DNA of 64,000 nucleotides from Candidatus Parcubacteria bacterium (GTDB taxonomy: Bacteria > Patescibacteriota > Minisyncoccia > Phycocordibacterales > Zambryskibacteraceae). Shown piece after piece: positions 18,657 to 26,541 of the stretch. The notes under the pieces are model-generated. The model ran no database searches, had not been told where the DNA came from, and saw only the letters and a program-made list of their open reading frames with translations. Location: positions 15,441 through 79,440 of the forward strand of contig JAIFWJ010000003.1 in NCBI GenBank assembly GCA_019661865.1, given 5' to 3'. How positions within the stretch are numbered: position 1 is the stretch's first letter; each line of letters starts with the position of its first letter. The translations under genes were made by a program, and so were the position numbers.

Positions 18657-19910
18657 TTACTTCCAAGTAATGTTGCGACTAAAGATACTACTATAGACAG
18701 CACCTGAAAGCCAGATAGGAACTATAAACATATAAAGCAAGAAGTAGTACACAACTTCTCTACCTGGACGAGTCTTGTAAGCGATCTTGTAGGCATAGAA
18801 TAAGATAATCACCGAGAGGAGAAGAGCAGTTCCGCCTAGAAACATTACTGACCCAGTGTTCCAGAAATACCAGTCGAAATGGAAGCTGGGTAAGTGGAAA
18901 CTCCAATTAATAGCTTTGTATTTAGAAAATGTTTTTAAGATTTTATCTCCAATGCCCCAGACAAGATTTCCCGCAGCGAAGATGGTAGAGAAGATAGATA
19001 CAGTGGCGACAGGAAGGATAAATATTCCAATGTTTCCGTATTTATTATTGAAGTACATATCTTTATAGTCGACTGCATTTTTCAAGAAGCCATATGTCCA
19101 GCGACGACGCTGCTTGTAAAGCTCAGAGAGTTTCGGCGGAGTAATGGTGTACACTTGCGCAGCTACAGAGTTAACAATCTTGTATCCATTCTTCTGCATT
19201 CTGAGGGCAAGCTCCATGTCTTCTGTATTGTGAGCATGCTTATAACCGCCTAGCTCTCGAAAAACTCTTGTTCTAAATATTGAGAATGGTCCCGGAGTCA
19301 CATATAGGGCGTTTATCTTCGAGAGCATTCTGCGCATAAATATCCCCCAGCTGTATTCAGCTTTCTGCATTAGTTGTAAAAGGTTTTTTGGTTCATGAAC
19401 CTTTATGGACGGTGTGACAGCCATGATCTCAGAGTCGGTGAAGTAGGGTACGATTTTCAGAAGTGCTTGTGAGTCTACGAATGAGTCTGCATCAAGACAT
19501 CCTACTAGATCACTCTCGACATGAGTCAATGCGAAGTTAAGAGCTGTGTATTTACCGCCATTTTCTTTCTTAAAAATTCTTATTTGAGAGTTATCTCTGT
19601 AATTATCCAATGCTCCTTGGGTATTGTCTGTGGAACCATCATCTACCACTATGAGAGAGAATTTATCTCTCGGATAATCTAATGCGAGGAGTGAGTCTAG
19701 GGTAGCTTTAACGGTGATCTCTTCATTGAAACAAGGCACAATTACGGTAACAGTAGGAAAATCTTTTATATCGTGACCGAAGTGTTCTTCTTCAAACTTG
19801 AGCTCGTCACGGACCTCGAAGTAAGTGATAAGTAGAAAGACCTCGAAGAAGAGGGAGATGAAAAGTGAGGTATAAAGTATTACTTCTTGTAGGGCCATGA
19901 GTAGAGCCAT
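18657..19910 (-). CDS. family 2 glycosyltransferase, processive membrane-embedded type (PgaC/cellulose-synthase-like)
   Basis: VIVPCFNEE, DDGSTDNT, and QRRRW motifs with flanking TM helices. Confidence 0.8.
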   Translation of the reverse strand: MALLMALQEVILYTSLFISLFFEVFLLITYFEVRDELKFEEEHFGHDIKDFPTVTVIVPCFNEEITVKATLDSLLALDYPRDKFSLIVVDDGSTDNTQGALDNYRDNSQIRIFKKENGGKYTALNFALTHVESDLVGCLDADSFVDSQALLKIVPYFTDSEIMAVTPSIKVHEPKNLLQLMQKAEYSWGIFMRRMLSKINALYVTPGPFSIFRTRVFRELGGYKHAHNTEDMELALRMQKNGYKIVNSVAAQVYTITPPKLSELYKQRRRWTYGFLKNAVDYKDMYFNNKYGNIGIFILPVATVSIFSTIFAAGNLVWGIGDKILKTFSKYKAINWSFHLPSFHFDWYFWNTGSVMFLGGTALLLSVIILFYAYKIAYKTRPGREVVYYFLLYMFIVPIWLSGAVYSSIFSRNITWK

Positions 19911-19925
19911 ATAATAATGAATTTC

Positions 19926-19954
19926 TTAGACTTTTTCAAGATTTCTCGTATAAT
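19926..19954 (+). promoter_or_regulatory. sigma70-like promoter TTAGAC-N17-TATAAT with -10 ending 8 nt before pheS ATG (leaderless arrangement)
   Basis: hexamers and spacing read from sequence; no SD. Confidence 0.35.
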
Positions 19955-19962
19955 CAGTCTCT

Positions 19963-21108
19963 ATGACTAAGACGTATCTGGTGCCTCTAGACCAACAGGA
20001 GAAACTCCTAAGCGATCTTAAGAAGAGGACAGACCCTGAGGCTCCACGTATCAAGAGGTATCTTTCCATGCCCGACCTCTCTAGGACTTCTGGTAGTCCT
20101 ATTAGAGAAATGGTTACTAGAATCCTTGCTGAGCCAGAGTTTAAAGATTTCGATGTTATAAAGACACCAGAGGTAGTGCCGGCTGACATATCCTTCGACC
20201 TCTTCGACTTTCCAGCTGAACATCCAGCCAGGAGCAAGTCCGACACCTATTATGTAGACGATAAAAACATTCTCCGCACCCACACGACCGTAATGTGGTA
20301 CTACTATTTGAAAGAGCCTGAGGTCAAAGCTCGGATGGATAAGGGAGAGCCTGTTGGTTGTTTCTCTTTCGGCAAAGTTTATAGAAAGGATGAGATCGAT
20401 AGGAACCACATGAACGTCTTTCACCAGCTTGATGGTTGGTATTTGGCTCCTAAGGACAAAGAGAAAATTGGTACAGAAGAATTACAGAAAGTGCTCATGT
20501 CCATAGCCAAGGCTGTATTCGGTGACAATGTAAAGGGGAGATTTAACCCGGATACATTCCCATACACTGACCCGTCATTAGAAATGGAGGTGGACAAAGA
20601 TGGTAAGTGGGTTGAGGTTCTGGGTAGTGGAGTGGTGAAGGGGAGCGTCCTTCGGAAGTTTGGAGTGGATTCAAGCAAGTGGAATGGTTGGGCATTCGGC
20701 TTCGGACTTGAGAGACTTGCCATAGTCTCTATGGAGTTACCCGATATAAGACTTCTCTGGTCCGAAGATGAGCGCGTGAAGAAACAACTTCAGCTCGGAC
20801 ACAAGTACAAGGAAGTAAGTAAGTTCCCGCCAGTCATCCGAGACATTTCCTTCACTGTAGACAATCAGAGCTTCGTCTTGAATGACTACTTCGACGCTAT
20901 ACGAGATATCGGTGGAGACTTGGTGGAGGAAGTGGAGCTCTTGGACAAATATGAAAATAAAGAAAAGTTCGGAGATAAGACTAGTTACACTTTCCGCATT
21001 ACATACAGAAGCATACATAAAACTCTTACGAATGAAGAAGTAAATAAACTCCATGCCGATGTGGAAGAGATGACAAAGCAAGACTACAAAGGAGAAATAC
21101 GAATATGA
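19963..21108 (+). CDS. pheS: phenylalanyl-tRNA synthetase, monomeric mitochondrial-like type: PheS catalytic core fused to C-terminal FDX-ACB anticodon-binding domain
   Basis: class II motifs (FDFPAEHPAR, FNPDTFPYTDP, GWAFGFGLERLAIV) plus C-terminal KFPPVIRDISF...NDYFDAIRDIGGDLVEEVELLDKY...TSYTFRITYRS...LTNEEV closely resembling FARS2 / PheT FDX-ACB domain. Confidence 0.85.
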   Translation: MTKTYLVPLDQQEKLLSDLKKRTDPEAPRIKRYLSMPDLSRTSGSPIREMVTRILAEPEFKDFDVIKTPEVVPADISFDLFDFPAEHPARSKSDTYYVDDKNILRTHTTVMWYYYLKEPEVKARMDKGEPVGCFSFGKVYRKDEIDRNHMNVFHQLDGWYLAPKDKEKIGTEELQKVLMSIAKAVFGDNVKGRFNPDTFPYTDPSLEMEVDKDGKWVEVLGSGVVKGSVLRKFGVDSSKWNGWAFGFGLERLAIVSMELPDIRLLWSEDERVKKQLQLGHKYKEVSKFPPVIRDISFTVDNQSFVLNDYFDAIRDIGGDLVEEVELLDKYENKEKFGDKTSYTFRITYRSIHKTLTNEEVNKLHADVEEMTKQDYKGEIRI

Positions 21109-21698
21109 CCTGGATATATAGAGTAGGCTTAAGTACTGATGAGATTAGCGAAGAAGCCCTGAAAAGATCAGGGCTCCATTTCACTAGAGTTAATCCAAGA
21201 GAGATCATTGTCACACTAGCAAATGAGCTCATTGGAGTTCCATATAAGTTTGGGTCCTCTGTTCTGAAAGATAGTCCAAATTCTTTTGATTGTTCGTCGT
21301 TCGCGGCATACTTATACGTATGTGCGGGTATGGCAATACCCAGAATTTGCAATGATCAATATAATTTTGGAAAAGAGGTTTCTGAAGCCGAAGCACAGCC
21401 GGGAGATCTAGTGTTTTTCAAGGGGCAACGTACTGACATTCCTCCAAGTATTGTAGGCCATGAGGGTGTGTATATCGGCGATGGTGAAATGATACAAGCT
21501 GGTGGTTTCGACATGGGGTACGGAAAAGTTGTCAAAGAAAAGGTTCAAGAATCAAAGTACTTCTCGACAGGATTTTTAGGATATAGATGCTTGATTACTG
21601 ACAACAAAGAAAGATTTGTAATTGAGATTCCGGAAGATAGGCCAGAATTGAGAGAAAAGAAGAACCTTATTGCAGAACTTAGTAAAGTCAGGCTATGA
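21105..21698 (+). CDS. NlpC/P60 family papain-like hydrolase, no signal peptide
   Basis: catalytic Cys in FDCSSFAAY and His in HEGVYIG; start overlaps pheS stop. Confidence 0.75.
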   Translation: MTWIYRVGLSTDEISEEALKRSGLHFTRVNPREIIVTLANELIGVPYKFGSSVLKDSPNSFDCSSFAAYLYVCAGMAIPRICNDQYNFGKEVSEAEAQPGDLVFFKGQRTDIPPSIVGHEGVYIGDGEMIQAGGFDMGYGKVVKEKVQESKYFSTGFLGYRCLITDNKERFVIEIPEDRPELREKKNLIAELSKVRL

Positions 21699-21705
21699 TT
21701 GAAAT

Positions 21706-22326
21706 ATGGAAGAGGATAGAAGAAAAAGGGAGGAGCATATGGTGACGGTGAAGACAATTCTCCCCGTACCATACGTCTCGCAATACTCCATAGGTCGTGA
21801 CTCAGACGGGCTCTCTAGAGCCTGTGGTGCTGCATGTGTGAAGATGGTTCTAGACTACCGCACAGGGCTCGATAACGACTTCCACTCGATCTTACGTGAG
21901 GGCCAGACCATACGCGGTGCTTATATATCTGGTATAGGTTGGTCACACATGGGACTAACTGCACTTCTTCGTAATCACAATGTGGGTTCATATGCGGAAG
22001 AGTTTAGGGCTATAGATGTAGATACTAGGAATCAGGAGTTTAGACCTTCTACGTTTGAACCGGGTCATGTGGAGAGAGGTATGCAGAAGATCGCGGGAAA
22101 AATCCTGGAGTGGAAGCAGCCAGTCATCGTCTCTGCTATTAAGAACTGGAAGGAGAAAGATAAACCACATGATGTAGTAGTGGTAGGGGTAGAGAAAGAT
22201 GGAGACAGGATCACGGGATTCTTCTATCATGACCCTGACGACGAGTCTGAGCCCGGAGCAAACAGATTTGTAGATAAAGAGACCTTCCGCACATACTGGC
22301 GCAAGTTTGCAATTTTCATAGATTAG
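21706..22326 (+). CDS. papain-like cysteine peptidase, C39-like (Peptidase_C39_2 / YvpB / BtrH family), no signal peptide
   Basis: VPYVSQYS...RACGAACVKMVLDY and HDVVVVG..DP motifs; true start may be the second Met at 21739. Confidence 0.5.
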   Translation: MEEDRRKREEHMVTVKTILPVPYVSQYSIGRDSDGLSRACGAACVKMVLDYRTGLDNDFHSILREGQTIRGAYISGIGWSHMGLTALLRNHNVGSYAEEFRAIDVDTRNQEFRPSTFEPGHVERGMQKIAGKILEWKQPVIVSAIKNWKEKDKPHDVVVVGVEKDGDRITGFFYHDPDDESEPGANRFVDKETFRTYWRKFAIFID

Positions 22327-22387
22327 AGGTTAAAAAGTGGCTCTGTTAAGCCATTAAATGGGCACATTTCGGCTATCTTTTTAACCT
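22327..22387. repeat. 11-nt inverted repeat AGGTTAAAAAG / CTTTTTAACCT enclosing an inner hairpin (TGGCT..AGCCA) in the gyrB upstream region
   Basis: read directly; possible terminator and/or 5'-UTR structure. Confidence 0.35.
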
Positions 22388-22403
22388 TAAATTTGCTATA
22401 ATT

Positions 22404-24503
22404 ATGAGTACAAAAATGGCCAAAGAAGCAGAGAAAAAGCGAGAAAAGAAGGGTAGTAATCCTCACTCATACAACGCAGAATCCATCACCGTCCTGGAAG
22501 GACTAGACCCAGTCAGAAAGCGTCCAGGCATGTACATTGGTACCACTGGCCCTGAGGGTCTCCACCACTTAGTATGGGAGATTTTCGATAACTCCAGAGA
22601 CGAGGCCATGGGTGGATTCGCGAATGATATCGAAGTGGCACTCTTGCCAGACAATAAAATCCGCGTGGTAGATAATGGTCGAGGTATACCGGTAGATATC
22701 CATAAACAAACTAAAGTTTCTGCGCTCGAAACTATCATGACTACACTCCATGCTGGAGGTAAGTTCGGAGGTGAAGGATATAAAGTCTCCGGAGGTCTAC
22801 ACGGAGTGGGTGCATCTGTAGTGAATGCACTTTCTACATATGCTCGTGCAGAAGTACACAAGGACGGAGGAGTATATGTGCAAGAGTACTCCATAGGTAA
22901 GCGTAAATCCGCTGTGAAAAAAGTTGGTAATACCAAGCGGGAAGGAACCATAATTACATTCCAACCAGATCCTGGAATATTTCCAGATACAACATTCGAC
23001 TTCGAGCGTATAGTGAACCATCTACGCCAGCAGGCATACTTGGTGAAGAAAATGAGGATCACAATCATCGATGCTCGTGAGGCAGGAAAGTTAGATGACA
23101 CCGATACTTTCTATATCCGTGACCTTGAGCTAGAAGTGCCATCACAGACCTTCTACTTCGAGGGGGGTTTAGTTTCTCTAGTGCGCTTCGAGAACTCACA
23201 TGAGAAGCCGATACATAAAAATATTTTCTATGTGGAGAAGGCCACAAACGGCAATGAATATGAGACAGTAGAAGTGGCTCTTCAGTATGTAGACGACATT
23301 TCTTCAAGAGTGCTTCCATTTGCAAATAATATTTATAACTCTGAGGGTGGCACACATGTCACCGGGTTTAAGACTGCACTCACCAGAACCTTGAACTCGT
23401 ATGCTCGTAAGAATAACCTAGTCTCTGAGAAGGAAGACAATTTCACTGGAGATGATGCACTGGAGGGACTGACAGCAGTCATCTCTATCAAACTTCGTGA
23501 GATCCAGTTCGAAGGACAGACTAAGGGGAAACTCGGGAGCGTAGAAGCCCAGAGTATGGTAGCAACTATATTCGGTGATGCCTTCTCAACATTTCTTGAG
23601 GAGAATCCTGACGATGCTAAAGCAATTATAAATAAAGTTGTCCTTGCTCTTAAGGCGCGCAAGGCCGCTAAGGCTGCCAAGGACTCTGTGTTACGTAAGG
23701 GCGCACTTGAAGGTATGACTCTTCCGGGTAAGCTTGCAGATTGCGAGAGCAAGTCCGCAGAAGACTCGGAGCTCTTCATAGTGGAGGGAGACTCAGCAGG
23801 TGGTACTGCTAAACAAGGTAGAGACAGAAGGACTCAAGCCATACTGCCACTCCGAGGAAAAATATTAAACATCGAGCGTGCACGACTTGATAAAATGCTC
23901 GGCAGTGAACAGATTAAGAATCTTGTCATAGCTATGGGTACTGCCATAGGAGACACATTTGATATTGAGAAACTTCGTTACCATAAAATAATTCTTGCCA
24001 CCGATGCAGACGTTGACGGTGCGCACATCCGTACACTACTTCTTACACTTCTGTACAGACATTTCAGACCGATCATTGATGGTGGTTTCGTCTACATTGC
24101 GCAACCTCCACTCTATAAGATTAAGAAAGGTAAAGAGATTCTTTATGCATACTCTGATGAAGAGCGCGATAGGAAAGTCGGCAAGGATATGAAGATAGAA
24201 GATATTTCTGATGAGCCACAAGAAGATGTACAGAATGCAAACGAAGACCAGGTTGAAGGAGAGGTCAAGGAGAAGAGTAAAACCCAAAAGGTCTCTATCC
24301 AACGCTACAAAGGTCTAGGAGAGATGAACTCAGATGAGCTCTGGGAGACTACCATGGACCCCAAGGTGCGTCTCTTGAAGCAGGTAAATGTAGAAGATGC
24401 TCGTGAAGCGGACAAAGTCTTCGACATCCTCATGGGTACCGATGTGCCATCCAGAAAGTCCTTCATTCAGTCAAACGCCAAGAAAGCCACTCTTGACGTA
24501 TAA
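22404..24503 (+). CDS. gyrB: DNA gyrase subunit B
   Basis: GHKL ATPase N-terminus, Toprim EGDSAGG, C-terminal GyrB tail; 699 aa. Confidence 0.9.
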   Translation: MSTKMAKEAEKKREKKGSNPHSYNAESITVLEGLDPVRKRPGMYIGTTGPEGLHHLVWEIFDNSRDEAMGGFANDIEVALLPDNKIRVVDNGRGIPVDIHKQTKVSALETIMTTLHAGGKFGGEGYKVSGGLHGVGASVVNALSTYARAEVHKDGGVYVQEYSIGKRKSAVKKVGNTKREGTIITFQPDPGIFPDTTFDFERIVNHLRQQAYLVKKMRITIIDAREAGKLDDTDTFYIRDLELEVPSQTFYFEGGLVSLVRFENSHEKPIHKNIFYVEKATNGNEYETVEVALQYVDDISSRVLPFANNIYNSEGGTHVTGFKTALTRTLNSYARKNNLVSEKEDNFTGDDALEGLTAVISIKLREIQFEGQTKGKLGSVEAQSMVATIFGDAFSTFLEENPDDAKAIINKVVLALKARKAAKAAKDSVLRKGALEGMTLPGKLADCESKSAEDSELFIVEGDSAGGTAKQGRDRRTQAILPLRGKILNIERARLDKMLGSEQIKNLVIAMGTAIGDTFDIEKLRYHKIILATDADVDGAHIRTLLLTLLYRHFRPIIDGGFVYIAQPPLYKIKKGKEILYAYSDEERDRKVGKDMKIEDISDEPQEDVQNANEDQVEGEVKEKSKTQKVSIQRYKGLGEMNSDELWETTMDPKVRLLKQVNVEDAREADKVFDILMGTDVPSRKSFIQSNAKKATLDV

Positions 24504-24549
24504 GTTGTAGGTGTTAATAAGTATAGAGACCAAGTGCTAGAGAGGCCTT

Positions 24550-24738
24550 ATGCCTGGTAAATGCGAGCTGACATGCTCGATCTGTTTCCAGATCTTCCCA
24601 GTTCTTACCAACTTTCGGGAATGTAACACCATTGCATGCCCTATTCCAGAAGCGGTAAAGAGGCGAACTTTTCCATATACTTTTCCATATACGAAGGACT
24701 TCGCCACTATGGAGATCATTCCTCAAAACGAGCCATAA
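24550..24738 (+). CDS. hypothetical Cys-rich 62-aa protein (CxxxCxxC...CxxxxC)
   Basis: SD AGAGAGG 5 nt upstream of ATG; stop codon sits in loop of a strong + strand terminator; contains tandem 12-mer repeat. Confidence 0.3.
   Translation: MPGKCELTCSICFQIFPVLTNFRECNTIACPIPEAVKRRTFPYTFPYTKDFATMEIIPQNEP
24667..24690. repeat. exact tandem duplication ACTTTTCCATAT x2
   Basis: seen directly (encodes FPYTFPYT if the small ORF is real). Confidence 0.7.
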
Positions 24739-24759
24739 ATCAGCTCGTTTTTATTTTTT
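24726..24759 (+). terminator. rho-independent terminator AAACGAGC-CATAAATCA-GCTCGTTT + TTTATTTTTT
   Basis: 8-bp stem and long U-tract about 220 nt downstream of gyrB. Confidence 0.75.
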
Positions 24760-25980
24760 CTCTAAAATTTCTTTTTTTAATTTCGATATCAGTTCGTCTA
24801 CAGAGACAGTTTCTTTCTTATCATCACGGCTCTCTAGAGTAAGTTTCTTCTCCAGAACTTCCTTGTCACCAAGCACAACTGCATAAGGAACCTTCTCAGT
24901 CTTAAAGTTTCTAACTTTCTTTCCAAGGGTCTCATTTGAATCATCGAGTTCGAATCTAATACCTTCTTGTCGGAGTCTCTCGGAAACTTCTTTGGCATAT
25001 TCAAGATGCTTATCACTTATGGGTAAGATCTTTACCTGTACAGGTGAGAACCAAAGAGGGAAGGCGCCGGCATACTTCTCTATAAGAAATGCCATGATGC
25101 GCTCTATGGCACCGATTGAGGAGCGATGAATTACAAAGGCTCTGTGTTCCTTACCATCCTCGCCTATATATTTGAGGTCGAATCTATCTGGCATGCAGAA
25201 GTCATACTGGACGGTGAAAGCCGTGTCCTCCTTATCATTTACATTTTTCATCTGTACATCAATCTTGGGTCCATAGAATGCTGCTTCTCCCTTAGCTTCC
25301 TCAAACTCGCTACCGCGCTTCTTCATAAGTTTTCTCAATAGATCCTCACCCTTTTCCCATGCAGCATCATTCTTGTAATACTTTTCTGTATCACTTCTGT
25401 CTCCAAGTGAGAGTCTAAATCTATAATCCTCATTTAATTTAAGTCCGAAGACCCCGGCTATGTATTCTATAAGATCCAAGGCGTTACTGATCTCGTCCAT
25501 GGCCTGCTCTTCAGAAGCACAGATAATATGCGCATCGGCTAGACAGAATGTGCGGACACGCTGGAGTCCCATAAGTTCGCCCGACTGCTCGTATCGGTAG
25601 AGTTGGGCCAATTCTGCAATACGCATAGGAAGTTCTCTATACGAGCGAGGTTTCGACAGGTATAGCTCGAAGTGGTGCGGGCAGGTCATAGGACGGAGCA
25701 TAAACTCCTCGTCATCTATCACGATAGGCGCGTACATCGAGTCTTTGTAGTGTGGGTAATGCCCTGATTTCTTGTATAGGTCGAGCTTGGCAATGTCCGG
25801 AGTCTTCACATGGAGGTATCCACGCTTCAGCTCCTCATCGACAATAAATCTCTCAAGTTCTCGGCGCATTGTTGCGCCTTTAGGGAGAAATAGTGGGAGA
25901 CCTTTGCCTACGGTGTCTGAAAAAGTGAATAATTCTAGCTCACGTCCTAGTTTCTTATGGTCTCTTTCGTCTGGATTCAT
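24751..25980 (-). CDS. thrS: threonyl-tRNA synthetase, catalytic plus anticodon-binding domains only (N-terminal TGS/editing domains absent)
   Basis: RDHKKLGRELELF, LRPMTCPHHF, RVRTFCLADAHI motifs; only 409 aa versus ~640 for canonical ThrRS. Confidence 0.85.
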   Translation of the reverse strand: MNPDERDHKKLGRELELFTFSDTVGKGLPLFLPKGATMRRELERFIVDEELKRGYLHVKTPDIAKLDLYKKSGHYPHYKDSMYAPIVIDDEEFMLRPMTCPHHFELYLSKPRSYRELPMRIAELAQLYRYEQSGELMGLQRVRTFCLADAHIICASEEQAMDEISNALDLIEYIAGVFGLKLNEDYRFRLSLGDRSDTEKYYKNDAAWEKGEDLLRKLMKKRGSEFEEAKGEAAFYGPKIDVQMKNVNDKEDTAFTVQYDFCMPDRFDLKYIGEDGKEHRAFVIHRSSIGAIERIMAFLIEKYAGAFPLWFSPVQVKILPISDKHLEYAKEVSERLRQEGIRFELDDSNETLGKKVRNFKTEKVPYAVVLGDKEVLEKKLTLESRDDKKETVSVDELISKLKKEILEKK

Positions 25981-26065
25981 AAGGAGAGTTTATCAGCAAA
26001 ATTTATGGTTGACCACTACTTTGAGCCCGTGATTTAATGGAGAAAGACCACACATTTGAGGGAAA

Positions 26066-26524
26066 ATGCGCATAGATTACACGAGGTTCCCCAATGTGGA
26101 ACCGAAGGGTACATTCGTGGATCAAAGGGAGATCATCAAGATATTTGCTGACATCCTGGAGTATGAGCCATCGGTGCCCAATGGGTTCAAGGCATACATC
26201 ATGCTCGCTGAGGATAAAAATTCTCAAAGAACTGGAGTTTTACTCCTTCCCAACCAATGCAAAAAGCAGGATGAAGCACGTGAGTTTGAAGTCCAGATGA
26301 CACCAGCTCACATGGTTGAAAAATTGGTCCAATGGGAAAGTGAGCGGTGGATTCGGTTCGATCCATCAGTGAACAAGGGTCACATCAAGGCATGGGAGAT
26401 ATGGTCTGTAGAAATTCCAATCCCTGAATCTGCCATAGTCAGTCGTGGCGCTATCGTATGGACCGCCTGGATGCGAGATCGTCGTCATACTCCTCGCGAA
26501 GGAGATTTGTCACCGAGTTCATGA
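26066..26524 (+). CDS. hypothetical protein
   Basis: 152-aa ORF, slightly GC-richer than neighbours, no recognisable motifs. Confidence 0.35.
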   Translation: MRIDYTRFPNVEPKGTFVDQREIIKIFADILEYEPSVPNGFKAYIMLAEDKNSQRTGVLLLPNQCKKQDEAREFEVQMTPAHMVEKLVQWESERWIRFDPSVNKGHIKAWEIWSVEIPIPESAIVSRGAIVWTAWMRDRRHTPREGDLSPSS

Positions 26525-26541
26525 ACTCGGTTTTTATTTTG

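Noticed and set aside
22463-23101. 212-aa and other minus-strand ORFs inside gyrB
   Set aside because: Fully contained antisense to a well-supported gyrB gene, with no independent signals.
24514-24726. Two minus-strand ORFs (70 and 60 aa) in the gyrB-thrS spacer
   Set aside because: Antisense to the SD-bearing + strand small ORF, and the only terminator is + strand oriented.
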